64,000 nucleotides of DNA. It comes from an uncultured delta proteobacterium (GTDB lineage: Bacteria > Desulfobacterota > Desulfobacteria > Desulfobacterales > Desulfosalsimonadaceae). The notes under the pieces were generated by a model, which did no database searches, had not been told where the DNA came from, and saw only the letters and a program-made list of their open reading frames with translations. The stretch spans positions 768,001-832,000 of the forward strand of contig CAWGYD010000006.1 in the NCBI GenBank assembly GCA_963826785.1, in the 5' to 3' direction. The position numbers and the translations under genes are program-made. Of the stretch, positions 61,893 through 64,000 are shown in pieces (position 1 is the first letter of the stretch; every line of letters begins with the position of its first letter).

Positions 61893-63155
61893 ATGATACA
61901 ACTTGTTCGCGGATTTAAAGATATCCTGCCGGATGAAATTGAAATGTGGAAGCATATTGAACGGACCGCCATGGTCCTGTTCGAGGATTTCGGTTTCCGT
62001 CAGATTCGGCTGCCCCTGTTGGAAAAAACCGAGCTGTTTGCGCGCAGCATCGGGGAGCATACCGACATCGTGGAAAAGGAGATGTACACCTTTCCCGGCA
62101 GCCGGGACGAGATGCTGACCCTGCGCCCGGAAGCCACCGCCTCGGTGGTCCGCTCCTACATCCAGCAGAAACTGTATGCCGCCGACCCGGTCCGCAAACT
62201 CTATACCATCGGCCCCATGTTCAGAAAAGAGCGGCCCCAGAAAGGCCGATACCGCCAGTTCTATCAGATCAATGCCGAAGTGTTCGGGATCGATTCCCCC
62301 TATATGGACGCCCAGCTGATCGTGATGCTGACGACGTTTTTCGCAGAACTTTCGGTCGCCGGCCTGACAGTGCGGGTCAACTCCCTGGGCTGCCCGGACT
62401 GTCGGCCGCAGTTCAAAGAGGCCCTCACCGATTTTCTGGCGCAAAGGTCTGCCGCGCTCTGCACCGATTGCGTCCGGCGCATGAGCACCAACCCCATGCG
62501 GGTGCTGGACTGCAAGGTGCCTTCCTGCAAAGAGGCCATTGCAGGCGCTCCATCCATGATCGATTATCTCTGCGGCGCGTGCGCCGCTCATTTTGAGACG
62601 GTAAAATCCGCACTTCAAAACCAGAAGGTGGATTTCACGGTGGACGCAAAGCTGGTGCGGGGGCTCGATTATTATACCCGGACCGCCTTTGAAATTCAAA
62701 CGGACGCGTTGGGCGCCCAGAACGCGATTGCCGGCGGGGGACGGTATGACGGCCTGGTGGAGGCGCTGGGCGGTCCTGCCCAGCCGGCGGTGGGATTTGC
62801 CATCGGCATGGACCGGCTGGTGGACCTGATGAAACTCAAGCAGCCCGCCGTTCCCCTTTGCCCGGAACTGTTCATCGCCTCCCTGGGAGAAGCGGCCCGG
62901 GAAAAAGCATTTGCATGGTCCTGTGAACTTGGACGGGCCGGTGTGAAAACGGAGATCGATTTTTCCGACCGGAGCTTGAAAGCCATGATGAAGCGTGCGG
63001 ATCGGGTCGGGGCGGCCTATGTGCTCATCGCCGGGGACCAGGAACTGGCCGATGGGGCGGTGCAGCTGAGGGACATGGCCACCAAAGCCCAGACGGCGAT
63101 TGGCCTGGGTGAGGTGGTTGAACGGGTGAAGGCGGTCATCGGAAGTAAGGTTTAA
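61893..63155 (+). CDS. hisS: Histidine--tRNA ligase
   Basis: RGFKDILP, LRPEATAS, FRKERPQKGRYRQFYQ, LVRGLDYY, GGGRYD. Confidence 0.98.
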   Translation: MIQLVRGFKDILPDEIEMWKHIERTAMVLFEDFGFRQIRLPLLEKTELFARSIGEHTDIVEKEMYTFPGSRDEMLTLRPEATASVVRSYIQQKLYAADPVRKLYTIGPMFRKERPQKGRYRQFYQINAEVFGIDSPYMDAQLIVMLTTFFAELSVAGLTVRVNSLGCPDCRPQFKEALTDFLAQRSAALCTDCVRRMSTNPMRVLDCKVPSCKEAIAGAPSMIDYLCGACAAHFETVKSALQNQKVDFTVDAKLVRGLDYYTRTAFEIQTDALGAQNAIAGGGRYDGLVEALGGPAQPAVGFAIGMDRLVDLMKLKQPAVPLCPELFIASLGEAAREKAFAWSCELGRAGVKTEIDFSDRSLKAMMKRADRVGAAYVLIAGDQELADGAVQLRDMATKAQTAIGLGEVVERVKAVIGSKV

Positions 63156-63221
63156 CTTTTCATGAACGTGCACGTGCACGAAAAAATTATACGCGCTTTT
63201 ATCAGGTAAAGGAGAATCAAG

Positions 63222-64000
63222 GTGACGGAACCATTGGGCGATATGCGGCGGACCCACTACTGCGGTGCGCTGGGCATAAAAGATGTGGGGGCGGAAGTGA
63301 TATTGATGGGGTGGATCCAGCGGCGCCGGGACCACGGAGGGGTGATTTTCGTGGACTTGCGGGACCGGGACGGCATAACCCAGGTGGTGTTCAACCCGGA
63401 GAAGAACCCGGCGGTCCATGAAAAAGCCCATGACATCCGCAGCGAATATGTGCTGGCCGTCAAGGGCGTGGTGGAGAAGCGGCCCGAGGGCATGGCCAAC
63501 CCCGATCTTGCCACCGGCGAAATCGAAATCATGGTCACCGGGCTCAAGATATTGAACACCGCCCAGACCCCGCCGTTCATGATCGAAGACAACATCGACG
63601 TCAATGAAAACATCCGGCTCCAGTACCGGCACCTGGATCTCCGGCGCCCCAGGCTCCAGCGCAATCTCATCATGCGCCACAAGGCGGCCGCCGCCCTGCG
63701 GCAGTACCTGAACGCTCAGGGGTTTTTGGACATCGAAACCCCTTTTCTCACCAAGAGCACGCCGGAAGGCGCCCGGGACTACCTGGTTCCCAGCCGGGTC
63801 AGCCAGGGGATGTTCTACGCCCTTCCGCAATCTCCCCAGTTGTTCAAACAGCTGCTGATGATTTCGGGCTATGACCGGTACTACCAGATCGTCCGGTGTT
63901 TCCGGGACGAGGACCTGCGGGCCGACCGGCAGCCGGAGTTTACCCAGATCGATATGGAGATGTCGTTCGTGGGGGAAGAGGATGTCATGGCGATATCCGA
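63222..64000 (+). CDS. aspS: Aspartate--tRNA ligase (N-terminal part, cut by window edge)
   Basis: GTG start after [82 protein letters not shown]. Confidence 0.97.
   Translation, partial: MTEPLGDMRRTHYCGALGIKDVGAEVILMGWIQRRRDHGGVIFVDLRDRDGITQVVFNPEKNPAVHEKAHDIRSEYVLAVKGVVEKRPEGMANPDLATGEIEIMVTGLKILNTAQTPPFMIEDNIDVNENIRLQYRHLDLRRPRLQRNLIMRHKAAAALRQYLNAQGFLDIETPFLTKSTPEGARDYLVPSRVSQGMFYALPQSPQLFKQLLMISGYDRYYQIVRCFRDEDLRADRQPEFTQIDMEMSFVGEEDVMAIS

Overview
Core-genome region of a GC-rich anaerobe, most consistent with a Desulfobacterales-type sulfate reducer (inferred from gene content). It runs from a partial recN to a partial aspS. Main content: a TetR-headed alicyclic/dicarboxylate beta-oxidation operon (badI-like, badH-like, thiolase, acyl-CoA dehydrogenases, non-decarboxylating glutaryl-CoA dehydrogenase acd); mgtE; a VIT-vWA protein paired with a rhombosortase; ssb; groESL; a split glutamate synthase operon; carAB-purF; rubrerythrin, ychF-like, tatD, thiD; a second stand-alone FMN glutamate synthase gene; metF; a GAF-ANTAR regulator beside a class III cyclase-like protein; panB and hisS. 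About 15 single-base frameshifts look like long-read errors. No rRNA, tRNA, CRISPR array or transposase was seen. Best signals missing from the ORF track: (1) a 56-codon membrane-anchored candidate selenoprotein (in-frame TGA, UxxxxC, SECIS-like hairpin) at 28364-28534; (2) an ANTAR twin-hairpin plus terminator leader in front of the stand-alone glutamate synthase, about 1.2 kb from the GAF-ANTAR/cyclase-like pair; (3) a 26-aa Pro-containing leader peptide upstream of mgtE; (4) several families of palindromic and short-tandem intergenic repeats.
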